NCBI GenBank assembly: GCA_040222015.1
Contig: JAVJWO010000052.1
Coordinates: forward strand, 55,663-119,662
Direction: 5' to 3'
Source of the DNA: Coleofasciculus chthonoplastes F2-STO-03
Lineage (GTDB): Bacteria > Cyanobacteriota > Cyanobacteriia > Cyanobacteriales > Coleofasciculaceae
Length of the DNA: 64,000 nt
The position numbers and the translations under genes were made by a program. Shown here in pieces: positions 10,718 to 21,761 of the stretch. Every line of letters begins with the position of its first letter. Within the stretch, counting starts at the first letter, position 1. The notes beneath the pieces are model-generated. The model saw only the letters and a program-made list of their open reading frames with translations, was not told where the DNA came from and searched no databases.

Positions 10718-11488
10718 ATGTTATTTAACTTTATCGGATGGAGTGGGGCATTGGGAATCATTACCCTACTGATATTTGGCATCCTGCAATGGTTGCATAT
10801 CAGCGCCGGACATTTTCTGGATTGGGTGATTGGAGTTGCCAGTTTTTGGTGGCTATTGGTGGTTGTGACAGTTCCCTGGAATGTCCACTTTGAAGCCAAG
10901 TCTGTTTTAGTAGATGCAGCGCAATCGGCGGAAAAGGGGATGCAGATTGACACCAAACAGGTTAATTATGCTCAAGTGGTAGCAACGCGATCGCTCTGGG
11001 TGGCGATTGCTTTACATATTCTATCTGCGATTGGGCTTTACACGCTAGCGGCTACGGGGATTAGTGCGGTAGGTTATGTGAGTTCGGGTGCGGCATTGTT
11101 GTTAACCGCCTTACGCCCAGCAATCCGACTCTATGAGTATTTAGCTGCCCGTTTAGCGATGATTCGCCGGGAGTTTAAGTATCCTCGTGAGGATGTGTAT
11201 CAACTACGCGATCGCGTCTCAAACTTAGAACAGGATATCAGACAGATCCAACCCCAACTCGATCCCGAAAATAAGCAGTCTTGGGTAGCGATACAGAACC
11301 GTAACTGGGAAGAAACGCGCAAAGATGTCGCCCGTCTCCGCGCTTGTTTTGATCAACTCGAAGCCCAGAATGAGGCGGAACACAGGCGTCTAGCCCGGGA
11401 AGCCCAACAAGCGATCGCGCAATTAACCACAGATAGTCAATTCCTGGATCACATTCGCGAAATTATCCGGTTTTTCAAGACGGCATAA
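10718..11488 (+). CDS. Conserved hypothetical membrane protein with C-terminal coiled coil
   Basis: About four hydrophobic segments followed by a helical charged tail; ATG at 10718 preferred as start. Confidence 0.75.
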   Translation: MLFNFIGWSGALGIITLLIFGILQWLHISAGHFLDWVIGVASFWWLLVVVTVPWNVHFEAKSVLVDAAQSAEKGMQIDTKQVNYAQVVATRSLWVAIALHILSAIGLYTLAATGISAVGYVSSGAALLLTALRPAIRLYEYLAARLAMIRREFKYPREDVYQLRDRVSNLEQDIRQIQPQLDPENKQSWVAIQNRNWEETRKDVARLRACFDQLEAQNEAEHRRLAREAQQAIAQLTTDSQFLDHIREIIRFFKTA

Positions 11489-11599
11489 TTTGTCTTATGT
11501 CATTCGTCATTTAGTTCAAATCGAAACAAAAAGAGGGCGGGTTTTGTTGATCAGTTGTGGATACACCCGTTCAGTAAACGGCTAAACCCGCCCCTATAA

Positions 11600-12199
11600 T
11601 TAACCTTCCCTCACCATCCAAATTAGAAATCCCAGAATCTGATCAACTGGAGGTAACGGATAATCGGTTAGCGCAATCGTTACCGTTTGTCCCTCCAGCT
11701 TCAGAAACCGCCACTGCGTACCACTGGTTACACAGCCATACACGGTTGTAATCGAACGTTCCGCCGCCGCATTAAACCGTTGCGCCGCTACCATTTCCGC
11801 CACACATTGACCTAATCCTGTGCGAATATCTGCTTTCTTCGCTTCAGTCAGTATTACCACTGGGGCTTGAATAAAAAGTTGCTCAACGGAACGAGACAAA
11901 ATAAAATCACAGATCCCATTTAAACCCACAGTGGAATCGACATCAAACTCTTCTCCCGAAAACAAGCTAACTTGAGAAAATAAAAGACGTTTTACTTCCC
12001 AGAGAATTGGGTAAATAATGCCCTCAGATCGCGCCTTTTCACTCCCTGTGGCTGTTAAAGGCAGACTCGTTTCTAGGAATTCCGTTAATGTGGGTGACGG
12101 TGTAACCGGAGCAACTTCGGGCAGAAATTGCGGAACCTCAACCAAGACGAGATTAAAATCTGCCACGGCTTTGGCAAGTGTAAACTGGCTGTAGGACAT
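11600..12199 (-). CDS. Cyanobacterial PD-(D/E)XK restriction-endonuclease-like protein
   Basis: SEKARSE...GICDFIL...EAKK...GLGQCVAEM...YGCVTSGTQWRFL. Confidence 0.7.
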   Translation of the reverse strand: MSYSQFTLAKAVADFNLVLVEVPQFLPEVAPVTPSPTLTEFLETSLPLTATGSEKARSEGIIYPILWEVKRLLFSQVSLFSGEEFDVDSTVGLNGICDFILSRSVEQLFIQAPVVILTEAKKADIRTGLGQCVAEMVAAQRFNAAAERSITTVYGCVTSGTQWRFLKLEGQTVTIALTDYPLPPVDQILGFLIWMVREG

Positions 12200-12256
12200 T
12201 AGGCTAAGAGATTAAGAAACAGGAAGGAACAGAAAGAAACAGCAAGGTATCGAGAA

Positions 12257-13648
12257 TCACTCTAAAAAACGTTCTTTATCCATCATTCCTGATTGAGATT
12301 TCTCATCCAAACCCAAGGGGATCTCGATCACAAATTCTGTTCCTTTTCCCAGTTGACTATTCACCTGTAATTGACCTTTGTGCTTTTCTACAATAATCTG
12401 ATAACTAATAGCCAAACCTAACCCTGTTCCTGAACCCACAGGCTTGGTCGTAAAAAAAGGATCAAAGACTTGGCGTTTGACCTGATCATTCATCCCTAAA
12501 CCATTATCGGCAATTTTAATAACCACATTGGTATTGTCTTTAATTTCCGTACAAATCCAAATCGTTGGCGGACTCGATTCAAACCCATTCTTGCCTATTC
12601 CCCATTTTTCTTTCTGCTGATCAATGGCTTCAATGGCATTGGTGATAATATACGTAAACACTTGGTTGAGCTGACCCCCATAACAGCCAATTTTAGGCAG
12701 ATCGATATACTCTTTAATCACTCGAATAGCTGGTCGGTCTGACTTAGATTTAAGACAGTGCTGTAACAAAAATAGTGTATTATTAATTCCTTGATGAATA
12801 TCCGTTAATTTAAAATCGGATTCATCCAAATGAGCAAAACTCCGCAACAACAGAATAATCTGACATATTCGTTCCGCTCCCACTTGCATTGAGTTGAGAA
12901 TTTTGGGTAAATCTGACTGCAAAAAATCCAGGTCAATGGCTTCAGTTTCTGCAACAATTTCGGGGAGGGGATTGTTGTAGGTGCGTTGATAAGAATGAAG
13001 TAAGTGTAAGAGTTCTTCCAGATAATTTTTTGTAATTGAGGCATTACTGTAGATAAAATTCAACGGATTATTAATCTCGTGGGCGATTCCGGCAACCATC
13101 CGACCCAAACTTGACATTTTTTCAGATTGGATAAGTTGAAGTTGGGTTTGTTGTAATTTTTTTAATGCCTGCTCAAGTTCTAAGGATCTTTGCCGTTCCT
13201 TCTCTTGTGAATGCAATAGTTTTTGATTTTGGTAAATGAGTCGCTTTTGCAGATTTCTCAAGGCAAGATGGGTTTGGACGCGACACAATACTTCTTCCGG
13301 TTGTAGGGGTTTGGTGATATAATCAACCGCACCAATTTTAAAGCCTTGGACTTTATCGACAGTATCGGAGAGTGCGGTCATAAAAATTACGGGAATATCT
13401 TGAGTTGATGGATCAGATTTTAGGCATTTACAGGTTGTAAATCCATCCAATCCCGGCATCATTACATCTAATAAAATCAGATCCGGCTGGGCATAGTGCA
13501 CTTGTTCAATCGCACTTTCTCCATCTAAAGCGACTAAGACTTTAAAGTCAGATTTAGTTAAATACTCAAAGAGAAACCCTAAATTGGTGGGGTTATCATC
13601 GACAATAAGCAGTTTACTTTTATCCGGAACTTGAAGGGTCATAAGCAA
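12257..13648 (-). CDS. Hybrid response regulator-histidine kinase (REC-HisKA-HATPase)
   Basis: LIVDD, LLDVMMP, GIAHEINNP, FDPFFTTKPVGSGTGLGL. Confidence 0.95.
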   Translation of the reverse strand: MLMTLQVPDKSKLLIVDDNPTNLGFLFEYLTKSDFKVLVALDGESAIEQVHYAQPDLILLDVMMPGLDGFTTCKCLKSDPSTQDIPVIFMTALSDTVDKVQGFKIGAVDYITKPLQPEEVLCRVQTHLALRNLQKRLIYQNQKLLHSQEKERQRSLELEQALKKLQQTQLQLIQSEKMSSLGRMVAGIAHEINNPLNFIYSNASITKNYLEELLHLLHSYQRTYNNPLPEIVAETEAIDLDFLQSDLPKILNSMQVGAERICQIILLLRSFAHLDESDFKLTDIHQGINNTLFLLQHCLKSKSDRPAIRVIKEYIDLPKIGCYGGQLNQVFTYIITNAIEAIDQQKEKWGIGKNGFESSPPTIWICTEIKDNTNVVIKIADNGLGMNDQVKRQVFDPFFTTKPVGSGTGLGLAISYQIIVEKHKGQLQVNSQLGKGTEFVIEIPLGLDEKSQSGMMDKERFLE

Positions 13649-13701
13649 TGATCAATGATGAAACAAGCAAACAATTCAGACATATAGTGATTCATGAACT
13701 A

Positions 13702-16700
13702 TCAACCATCAACAAGATAATCTTGAATCAGTTCCCGCAGTTGTTTCAATCGAAACCCTCTCGCTAACTGACAAATTTGGCTGGTTAAGGGTTCAAATTG
13801 CGAATTTTGTTGGGCTAGAGATTCAGCGCGTTCGATAATGCCTTGGATATCCCCCATTTTAACTAAATCAGCTAATGCTGTAATTTCTGATGAGGGTAGG
13901 GAAATAATCGGCGTCTGGGTTAGAGTAGTCGCCTCAGTTGGGGAGGGGAATTGAGGTTGGGAATAAATCCATTCTAGTTCTAAATGGTGCGCGATCGCGT
14001 CGAGAAGTTGCTGGGTTTCCACAGGCTTGGCGAGAAAACCCCGACACCCGGCGGCGAGACTCTCCTGCTGAATCTGGGGGTAGACACTTGCAGAAAGCGC
14101 GATCGCGACGATATCCCTATCCTGGAGTTGGGGTAACTTTAGCATTCGGCGCGTGGTTTCCAATCCATCTATCCCTGGCATCACTAAGTCAATTAAAATC
14201 AGATCAGGATAAAACTCGACAACCTTGTGCAAACAATCTGGACCATCAACCGCCTCTAAGATTTCAAACCCTACAGGCTTTAGCATCGCCCGCAAGAGAG
14301 CACGATTAACTCTATTATCATCCACAATCATTAATTTGCGTTTGTCCCCTTTGAAGCCTGTAATCCGGCGTTTGCTAGATGGATTGGGTTCCTGCCATCC
14401 TGATACTAAGGGTAAATTAATATCAAACCAGAATACACTTCCTTGACCGGGAATACTCTTCACCTTAATTTCACTCCCCATCAGTTGAATTAATTTCTGG
14501 CTAATCGCCAATCCTAGTCCCGTTCCTTCAGTCGCATGGCTATGAGCGCTGACTTGATGGAAGGGTAAAAAGATTTGGGCTAATTGACTTGGCTCAATAC
14601 CCACACCTGTATCTTTAATTTGAAAGCGAAGTTTTGCTGATGGTTGATGGTTGATTCTTAACCCTTCGCTTGGATCAAGATCAGGGTTTGTAGGGGCGGG
14701 TTTAGGGACTTGATTTTGACTATTGATGGTAACGTTTGTACAAAACCCGCCCTGACTAATTTTTGCTTCGAGGGTATGATTTGTAGAGACAGATTTTACA
14801 TGGGTTCGATTAACAACACTCACCCTAAATGTCACATCACCCCGCTCCGTAAACTTAATCGCATTACTGAGTAAATTACACAGAACCTGTCGCAGTCGTT
14901 TGTTATCCGCCATCACCCCGTTAGGAAGTGGCGAAAGCACTTGATAGGTAAAGATAATATCTTTTTGTTGGGCACGTAACTGAAACAAATCAGCAAGACT
15001 ATGGAGAAAGTTCGGCAAGTGAAACTCTGTGGGATAGAGTTCCATCTTTTGCGCTTCAATCTTAGCTAAGTCTAGAATGTCATTAATTAACGTGAGCAGG
15101 TGTTCACCACATTGGTGAATGATGGTCAAATTATGGTGCTGTTGGTTAGTTAAGGTTGTGTCTTGTCTGAGCAGTTGAGCATACCCTAAAATACCATTTA
15201 ACGGCGTGCGGAGTTCATGACTCATATTGGTCAAGAATTCGCTTTTGGCACGGTTAGCAATTTCGCTGCGTTTGGCTTCTCGAACGGCTAATTCTGTCGC
15301 TTTCTGGAGGGCTTCTTCGGCTTGCTTGCGTTCGGTAATATCTAAATAGGCAACAACCACACCGGAATCGCGTAAGGGAATGGGTGCTGCGGTGGCACTG
15401 ATCCAAGTGATTTTTCCATCTGGCTTAACGATTCCCGATTCATGGTTTTTGATAACTTTGTTTTCGGTTAACGCTCTAACATTGGCAAATTCTGGTTGTG
15501 GCATCACCGTACCATCCGGTCGGATAACTTTCAAGTTGGGCGAAACATATTTGGTATGAATTCGGTCAGAAACCGATAGCCCCAAAATTTTCTCACTCGC
15601 CGCATTCGCTTCAATCAAATTCCCCTGTTTATCGGTGATTGAAATGCCAATGGGTAAGATTTGAAACAGGGTTTTATATTTTTGTTGGCTTTCCCGTAAT
15701 GCCTTTTCCATGCGCTTGCGATCGCTAATGTCAATGTAGGCAATGGCAACGCCGTAATCGGGGAGAGGAATGGGGGCGGCGGTGACGCTAATCCAAGTGA
15801 TTTTATCCTTGGCTTTGACGATTCCCATTTCCATGTTTTCAATGACTCGGTTTTCGGTTAAAGCGCGAACACTGGCAAATTCAGAGGCTGGCATGGGAGT
15901 ACCATCTAGTCGAATAATGGGCAAATTGGGAGCATCATAAGTGCGACTGGTTTGTTCTTGGCGGGATAGTCCTAAAATTTCCTGACTGGCTTCATTGGCT
16001 TCAGTAATATTTCCCCCTTGATCAGCAATAGAAATACCAATCGGAAAGATTTGAAACAGGGTTTTATATTTCTGCTGACTTTCTCGCAATACCTCTTCCA
16101 TTTGTTTGCGATCATTGATATCCTCACAAACGATGGCAATATATCGGGGTGAACCATCATCATGTTTAATTACCGATACCGTGATCCGACCCCAAACACA
16201 AGCCCCATCTTGGCGCAGATAGCGTTTATCGATGGTGTAGTTTGTGCGTTTTCCGCACACGATTGAATCAAATAAGTCGGTATCCAGAGATAAGTCTTCT
16301 GGGTGAGTCAACCGAGAAAAATGCATCCCGATGATTTCATCGGGGGAGTAGCCTAAGAACCGACAATTGGCTTCGTTTGCTGTCAGAATATACCCGTCGA
16401 GATCCAGCAGGGCAATTCCCACCGAGACATTCTCAAAAATAGACCGGAATTGTTCTTCATTCTCTCGTAGGGTTTTTTCAGCCTGTTGGCGATCGCGAAT
16501 TTCTCGTTTGAGTTTTTCATTGGCTTGCTGTAAAGCTTCAGTGCGTTCTTTCACCCGTTGTTCCAATTCAGCATTCAAGCTTAATATTTTGGTTTCAGCT
16601 AATTTTATCGTGGTAATATCGGTGGCGACGCCTAAAATTTGTTGGGGTTTGCCATCGGGAGTTTTGGTAAACACTGTATCTCGGCTATAAAGCCAGCACC

Positions 16701-17415
16701 ATTCCCCATTTGCACGACGCATTCGGTATTCGGTTTCGATAATTTCTCGCTCTGAAGCTGTCGCCAAGCGTTCCATTCGTGCCGATACGTTGGCTAAATC
16801 GTCCGGGTGCATCAGTTGCGTAAACAGGGTGTCTCCCATGGCTTGGACTGCTTCCGGAGAATACCCCAAAATATCAGTAATGGTGCGATTACTATAGATA
16901 TTCCGTTGTTCGATGATATCGTAAATATAAACAATAGCGGAAATGGATTGACTAATTTGTTCAATGACATACTGCGATTGCCGCAATGCCTTTTCCGCTT
17001 GCTGACGTTCGGTTACATCTCGAAAAATTAATAGATGATGATCTGGCAACATATTGGCGATGCCTTCTAATTCTACATCTCGTTGAGTCCCATCGGAACG
17101 CCACAGACAAAAGTTATGGGTGATTCGCCCTTGGGCGAGAAAGGGGCGCCAGTGATGAATACTAATCGGTGTAGTCTCCTTGATATGGCGATGCAGCAGT
17201 TGATCGTGAGATAATTTAAATAACTCACAAGCTGTCCGATTTGCCTTGAGTACTTTTCCCCGACTGTCGGTAATAACCATGGCATCGAGGGAGTCATTGA
17301 AGATGGCTAGAAATGCACAAGCATCAGAATCCCCCTTTTGTTCCTGAAATGGGCATGAAGTCGGGTTTGCGGGTTGGGTTGGGCTGGGGTTGCTAGCCGA
17401 GTAATGGATAACCAT
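13702..17415 (-). CDS. Multi-PAS hybrid sensor histidine kinase with C-terminal receiver domain
   Basis: Five PAS/PAC-like units, MSHELRTPLN, NLLSNAIKFT, GTGLGL, receiver domain. Confidence 0.95.
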   Translation of the reverse strand: MVIHYSASNPSPTQPANPTSCPFQEQKGDSDACAFLAIFNDSLDAMVITDSRGKVLKANRTACELFKLSHDQLLHRHIKETTPISIHHWRPFLAQGRITHNFCLWRSDGTQRDVELEGIANMLPDHHLLIFRDVTERQQAEKALRQSQYVIEQISQSISAIVYIYDIIEQRNIYSNRTITDILGYSPEAVQAMGDTLFTQLMHPDDLANVSARMERLATASEREIIETEYRMRRANGEWCWLYSRDTVFTKTPDGKPQQILGVATDITTIKLAETKILSLNAELEQRVKERTEALQQANEKLKREIRDRQQAEKTLRENEEQFRSIFENVSVGIALLDLDGYILTANEANCRFLGYSPDEIIGMHFSRLTHPEDLSLDTDLFDSIVCGKRTNYTIDKRYLRQDGACVWGRITVSVIKHDDGSPRYIAIVCEDINDRKQMEEVLRESQQKYKTLFQIFPIGISIADQGGNITEANEASQEILGLSRQEQTSRTYDAPNLPIIRLDGTPMPASEFASVRALTENRVIENMEMGIVKAKDKITWISVTAAPIPLPDYGVAIAYIDISDRKRMEKALRESQQKYKTLFQILPIGISITDKQGNLIEANAASEKILGLSVSDRIHTKYVSPNLKVIRPDGTVMPQPEFANVRALTENKVIKNHESGIVKPDGKITWISATAAPIPLRDSGVVVAYLDITERKQAEEALQKATELAVREAKRSEIANRAKSEFLTNMSHELRTPLNGILGYAQLLRQDTTLTNQQHHNLTIIHQCGEHLLTLINDILDLAKIEAQKMELYPTEFHLPNFLHSLADLFQLRAQQKDIIFTYQVLSPLPNGVMADNKRLRQVLCNLLSNAIKFTERGDVTFRVSVVNRTHVKSVSTNHTLEAKISQGGFCTNVTINSQNQVPKPAPTNPDLDPSEGLRINHQPSAKLRFQIKDTGVGIEPSQLAQIFLPFHQVSAHSHATEGTGLGLAISQKLIQLMGSEIKVKSIPGQGSVFWFDINLPLVSGWQEPNPSSKRRITGFKGDKRKLMIVDDNRVNRALLRAMLKPVGFEILEAVDGPDCLHKVVEFYPDLILIDLVMPGIDGLETTRRMLKLPQLQDRDIVAIALSASVYPQIQQESLAAGCRGFLAKPVETQQLLDAIAHHLELEWIYSQPQFPSPTEATTLTQTPIISLPSSEITALADLVKMGDIQGIIERAESLAQQNSQFEPLTSQICQLARGFRLKQLRELIQDYLVDG

Positions 17416-17826
17416 ACTGTATTCTTGCTTTCGCGTGACGTTTGCCCCAACCCGTTATTCCGCCATTGATGCGGCAGATCCTGGGTTGGGGCATACTACT
17501 ATCTACAGTGCGATCGCGATCGAATCCCTATTTTGACACCCCGGTTTGACACTGTGACCCCTGATCCGCCTGATTGCGTATCACAAAAATAAATTAAATA
17601 GCTTTTATTTAATACTCTTTTAATAATCTTGTCCGATTCACCACAGTCAGGAAACTCTAAACTTTTGAAACAGATTTTTATCCTCAGAATTTCCTCAGAT
17701 TTCGGTTTTAGTCTAGAGATAAAGCAGAGTTGTCATAGATTGTATCACACCCTACAGTCTCGTCAAACAACGCCAATAACGGTATTGTACCGGAACTGAA
17801 CTCTACTGCAAATAGGAAGGAAGAAG

Positions 17827-18060
17827 ATGTTTAGTCATACATGTCTTTGTTGCTCACACACCTTACTCAGGCACATTCGCTCTCACCAAGTCTACTGGTT
17901 TTGTCCCCATTGTTACCAAGCTATGCCTGAATCCCTTGAACCATACTCACACCTGAATGCCTCCCAGCTTTTCGAGCTTTCTGTTGTAAAATCTTATAAA
18001 GTTGGCAGTAGCAAACGCGAAAAAGTACAACCCGTTCCTGAATTATGCCATGTCGCCTAG
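17827..18060 (+). CDS. Small zinc-ribbon protein
   Basis: CLCCS...LLRH...WFCPHCYQAMP; AGGAAGG ribosome-binding site upstream. Confidence 0.7.
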   Translation: MFSHTCLCCSHTLLRHIRSHQVYWFCPHCYQAMPESLEPYSHLNASQLFELSVVKSYKVGSSKREKVQPVPELCHVA

Positions 18061-18234
18061 CTTGGCAATGAGTCGTTGATTAGAGCCTTTTATAAAATTA
18101 TTAAAAATTGAATTCCCACCCTCAAAAAAAAATTAGCTAAGGCGAAACGGTTATCATCGATTTAAGGGAGAGCCAGTAAGGATGGTATCCTGAAATAAGC
18201 TAAACTCTTATTTCGTCCGGGGAATAGATTAGTA

Positions 18235-18396
18235 ATGCCAGATAGTCAGCAATGGGGTGAGGTATCCACCTTAGTGTCAGGAACTTTCCCTGATTTTTCG
18301 CTGATCCTCCCCCTCTATAATGAAGAAAAAAGTCTTGGGGCTACACTGGAACACTTGCAGAGCATTCTCAAGTCTGTACCCTGTCAGAACGAATGA
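18235..18396 (+). pseudogene. Truncated family-2 glycosyltransferase (N-terminus only)
   Basis: Hand translation MPDSQQWGEVSTLVSGTFPDFSLILPLYNEEKSLGATLEHLQSILKSVPCQNE*; SLILPLYNEE is the GT2 first-strand motif. Confidence 0.7.
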
Positions 18397-18397
18397 C

Positions 18398-20017
18398 TTA
18401 CTGACTCCTCTTTTGGTAAATCGTGATTTCTGGATTAATTTTATCGAAGTTGGAGTAAACGTACATACGATTGATATGTCGATAGCCTAATTCTTGATGA
18501 TTGAGTAAATCCCATTGCGGTTTGGCTTTATACTGAAACACTAGATCATAGCCAATTTCTTCTGTCTCTAATTGAGATAAAAATTCATACTCAGGGGTAT
18601 TGGCTTCAAAGCGACGACTATCATAGGCACTTGTGCCAATAATATAATCTGGATCTTTCTGCTTGAGAGTTTCCAGAGTCGGGCGCTTGAGACTTTCTGA
18701 GCTAAATTTTTCTAATCGGGGTAAATATTTAGCGTCACCGGCGCCTAAAATAAAATCGTTGGAGGTAATGGTTTTTGTCATCCATTGTTCAACAATGTAT
18801 CGGGAATCATGGGTGATTAATACATTGACGGATGTGGTGTAAAAAAAGGTATAAATAAATACAGCAATAATCGATAATGATTTAACGCGAACTAGCTGGG
18901 CAGATTGGGAGAGGAAATCCCCAATTAACTTACCGCCAAAAAACGCCAAAATTAGATATACGGGAAACAGAAAACGCAGGGCGTTATACATGACAATACT
19001 CACAAAAAATAAATAATACGAGACAATCGGAATCAGTAAACAGAGGAGATAATAGTGTTTTCGTTGCCAAAACGCCTTGAGCAAACCCAGGATACAGAGT
19101 CCGGATAAAAGCCAGCCAAACGACACTCTAATATGCCTCAAGCTTTGCCAAAACATGATTAGGTGTCCGCTCAGGCTGCGCTCAAATCGAGGACTGATGG
19201 TGGCGCCCCCTGAGGTAATATCATTGACATGAGCAAAGAAGCCATTTAAGTTAAATATAACGTTATGGATAGCGAGGAATAGGGCAAGTCCTACAGCTAA
19301 GGAAAGCAGAATTTTTCGGTCTTTCAGGGCGGTTTTCAGGGTGACGGCTGGATCACGTTGCTGTAAATAGCGATAGTGCTGCCATACTATAAAGCCAGAG
19401 GTTAAGATATAGAAGGCATAGGCTTGGTCTTTGGTGGCAACCGCGATCGCGGCTGTTGCAGCAAATAATACATAATCCCTAGTTTTTTGCGCTTTTAAGA
19501 TGCGGATATAAAAGAATAGAGATAACATGAACCAGAATAAATAGGGAATATCCAGGTTAATGGTTTTGGCATAATAAATAAAGGGTAAATTTAAGCTAGC
19601 GATTACTGCTGCGAAGAACGCTGATTGTTGATCATAGAGTTCTTGTCCAAGTTTATAGACAATCCCTAAAATCCCGGCGGCTAGGATCAGACTGAGGATT
19701 CTGCCGATATAAAATAAAAAGGTATAGGTGGGTAAACTATAGACATTTACCACACCCAGTTTATGCAGGAGCAAGACAGGAGAATAGAAAACTGTGAGGA
19801 TATAAAAATGAAAGGGTGGATACTTATAATGCCATCCATTGGCAAATCCTTGTTCCACGGCTTCCAACACTCGTATCGGCGTAAGTTCATCCGCCGCCCA
19901 GCCGTTAAAACTGGGTAACCCCCAGTTAATTCCCCAAAGGTTAATCAATAGACTAAAAATCACTAAGCCGCAAAAGGCTCCATTAACAAACGCCTTTGAT
20001 GGTACAGCAATCTTCAA
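18398..20017 (-). CDS. ArnT/PMT (GT39-like) membrane glycosyltransferase
   Basis: GINWGLP...WAADE, YPP motif, about 12 transmembrane segments; start uncertain (TTG at 20017 preferred over 20191). Confidence 0.78.
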   Translation of the reverse strand: MKIAVPSKAFVNGAFCGLVIFSLLINLWGINWGLPSFNGWAADELTPIRVLEAVEQGFANGWHYKYPPFHFYILTVFYSPVLLLHKLGVVNVYSLPTYTFLFYIGRILSLILAAGILGIVYKLGQELYDQQSAFFAAVIASLNLPFIYYAKTINLDIPYLFWFMLSLFFYIRILKAQKTRDYVLFAATAAIAVATKDQAYAFYILTSGFIVWQHYRYLQQRDPAVTLKTALKDRKILLSLAVGLALFLAIHNVIFNLNGFFAHVNDITSGGATISPRFERSLSGHLIMFWQSLRHIRVSFGWLLSGLCILGLLKAFWQRKHYYLLCLLIPIVSYYLFFVSIVMYNALRFLFPVYLILAFFGGKLIGDFLSQSAQLVRVKSLSIIAVFIYTFFYTTSVNVLITHDSRYIVEQWMTKTITSNDFILGAGDAKYLPRLEKFSSESLKRPTLETLKQKDPDYIIGTSAYDSRRFEANTPEYEFLSQLETEEIGYDLVFQYKAKPQWDLLNHQELGYRHINRMYVYSNFDKINPEITIYQKRSQ

Positions 20018-20111
20018 CTGATTATCCTCCCTGCCGTGATTTCCATTTGAGTCATTATAGTGTAGGATTGCTAAGGATCTATTCCAACAGGCTGAGTCAT
20101 CGATTTTAGGT

Positions 20112-21698
20112 ATGAAGGTTAAGGCAGCCCCCCGTAGCCAGTCATTTTCATCTATCGCCCGGTTTTTGGCGGTTGCCCTGGTTTTTGGCATCGCTTATAC
20201 TCAAGATCCCATCTATAACTCACCCGATAATCAGAATACTAAGTTTTTACAAGGTTTAGCGAAAGCCGGTTATGGGTTGTTGTCGGAAGACTGGCTGGCG
20301 AATACGATTGATCCGTTGCCGGCTTTTAGTTTTTTAGTCCAGTTTACCTATCAGTATATCCATCCGGAATGGATGTTTTATGGGTATTACATCCTTATTT
20401 TCGGGGTGTATGCCTATAGTATTTTGGGGATTGTCAATCATGTCTACAAGATTGGCTATTCCGGGTTGAAGTATTGGGTGTTTTTCACGGCGTTTATTGC
20501 GCTGCACACGGTACATATCAAAGTGGGCAATTTTGATACGGGTTGGCATTTTCATGCGGGTGTGGCGGATCAATTTATTCTGGGACAAGTTTTTCAGCCC
20601 TGTAATTTTGGCGCGTTTATCCTGTTGTCGATTTGGCTGTTTCTGAGTCGGAAACCGTTTTTGGCGGTATCGTCGTTAGCGTTGGCGACGACGTTTCATC
20701 CGACGTATTTGCCGAGTGCGGCTATCCTGACGTTATCGTATATGGGGGTTATTTTAAAGGATGAATTCAATAGTCGGAAGGCGTTAGCGGTTGGTGTTTT
20801 ATCGTTGATTCTGGTTTTACCCGTTTTTTGTTATATGTATTTCACCTTCAGCGCTACGAATCCGGAGATTTGGCGCAAGGCGCAGGAAATTATTGTTGAG
20901 TTTAGAACGCCGCACCATTCGTTACCTGAGGTTTGGTTGGATAATGAGGTGCCTTATATTCAGGCGGGGATAGTGGCGTTGGCGGTTTATTTGGTGCGGC
21001 AAACAAAGCTGTTTCTGGTGTTGCTGTTACCTGGGATGATGGCGATAGGGTTAACGGTGGCTGAAATTCAGTTGAATTCTGATACGTTGGCGTTTATCGC
21101 GCCTTGGCGATTGTCTGTCTTTTTGGTGCCGTTATCGAGTTGTATTATTGGTGCGGGTTTGGTTTCTTGGGCGTTTGAAAACTACCGTAATCCGATGATT
21201 CAGCATCAGCGGTTGGTGGCGCGGGTGACGTTATTTATCCTATCGGTTTTGGTTTTGGCGGGGGCGGTGGAGCAGGCTATTTCGTTTTATGGGAAGGATA
21301 AGACGACGCCGATGATGGAGTTTGTTAAGCAGACGAGAGTATCGGGAGAAATTTATTTGGTGACGCCGGATAGTAAGCGGTTACGGAAGTTTCGGTTATA
21401 TACGGGGGCGCCGATTTTGGTTAATTTTAAGTCTCATCCGTATAAGGATAGGGAGGTGATTGAGTGGTATAGTCGGCTGCAGTTGGCTCAAGGGTTTTAT
21501 GGAGAGGGGTGTCGGGTTTTGGGGGAGTTACGGGATAGGTATCGGATTACTCATGTTGTTTTGGAGCGCGAGCAGTTTGATTGGGGGTGTGAGGGGTTGG
21601 AGGAGTTGTTTCGCGATGAGCATTATGGGGTGTATCGAGTTGTTGGGGGGCAAGGTTTTGCGCCTGATTTAAGGGTAAAGTCTGTTCCACTGTTTTAG
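20112..21698 (+). CDS. Multi-pass membrane protein, DUF6798/GT-C-like
   Basis: Many transmembrane segments; FRTPHH motif shared with 28255-29892; VNFKSHP...EWYSRL C-terminal domain. Confidence 0.72.
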   Translation: MKVKAAPRSQSFSSIARFLAVALVFGIAYTQDPIYNSPDNQNTKFLQGLAKAGYGLLSEDWLANTIDPLPAFSFLVQFTYQYIHPEWMFYGYYILIFGVYAYSILGIVNHVYKIGYSGLKYWVFFTAFIALHTVHIKVGNFDTGWHFHAGVADQFILGQVFQPCNFGAFILLSIWLFLSRKPFLAVSSLALATTFHPTYLPSAAILTLSYMGVILKDEFNSRKALAVGVLSLILVLPVFCYMYFTFSATNPEIWRKAQEIIVEFRTPHHSLPEVWLDNEVPYIQAGIVALAVYLVRQTKLFLVLLLPGMMAIGLTVAEIQLNSDTLAFIAPWRLSVFLVPLSSCIIGAGLVSWAFENYRNPMIQHQRLVARVTLFILSVLVLAGAVEQAISFYGKDKTTPMMEFVKQTRVSGEIYLVTPDSKRLRKFRLYTGAPILVNFKSHPYKDREVIEWYSRLQLAQGFYGEGCRVLGELRDRYRITHVVLEREQFDWGCEGLEELFRDEHYGVYRVVGGQGFAPDLRVKSVPLF

Positions 21699-21761
21699 CT
21701 GGTTTATGAATATGGCGTCACGATGAATGAATCGGCGAAGACAGCGCAACTACAAGCGTAG

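Noticed and set aside
20018..20191. Overlap of divergent genes implied by the 597-aa ORF
   Set aside because: A later start near 20017 removes the overlap, and the extension looks non-coding.
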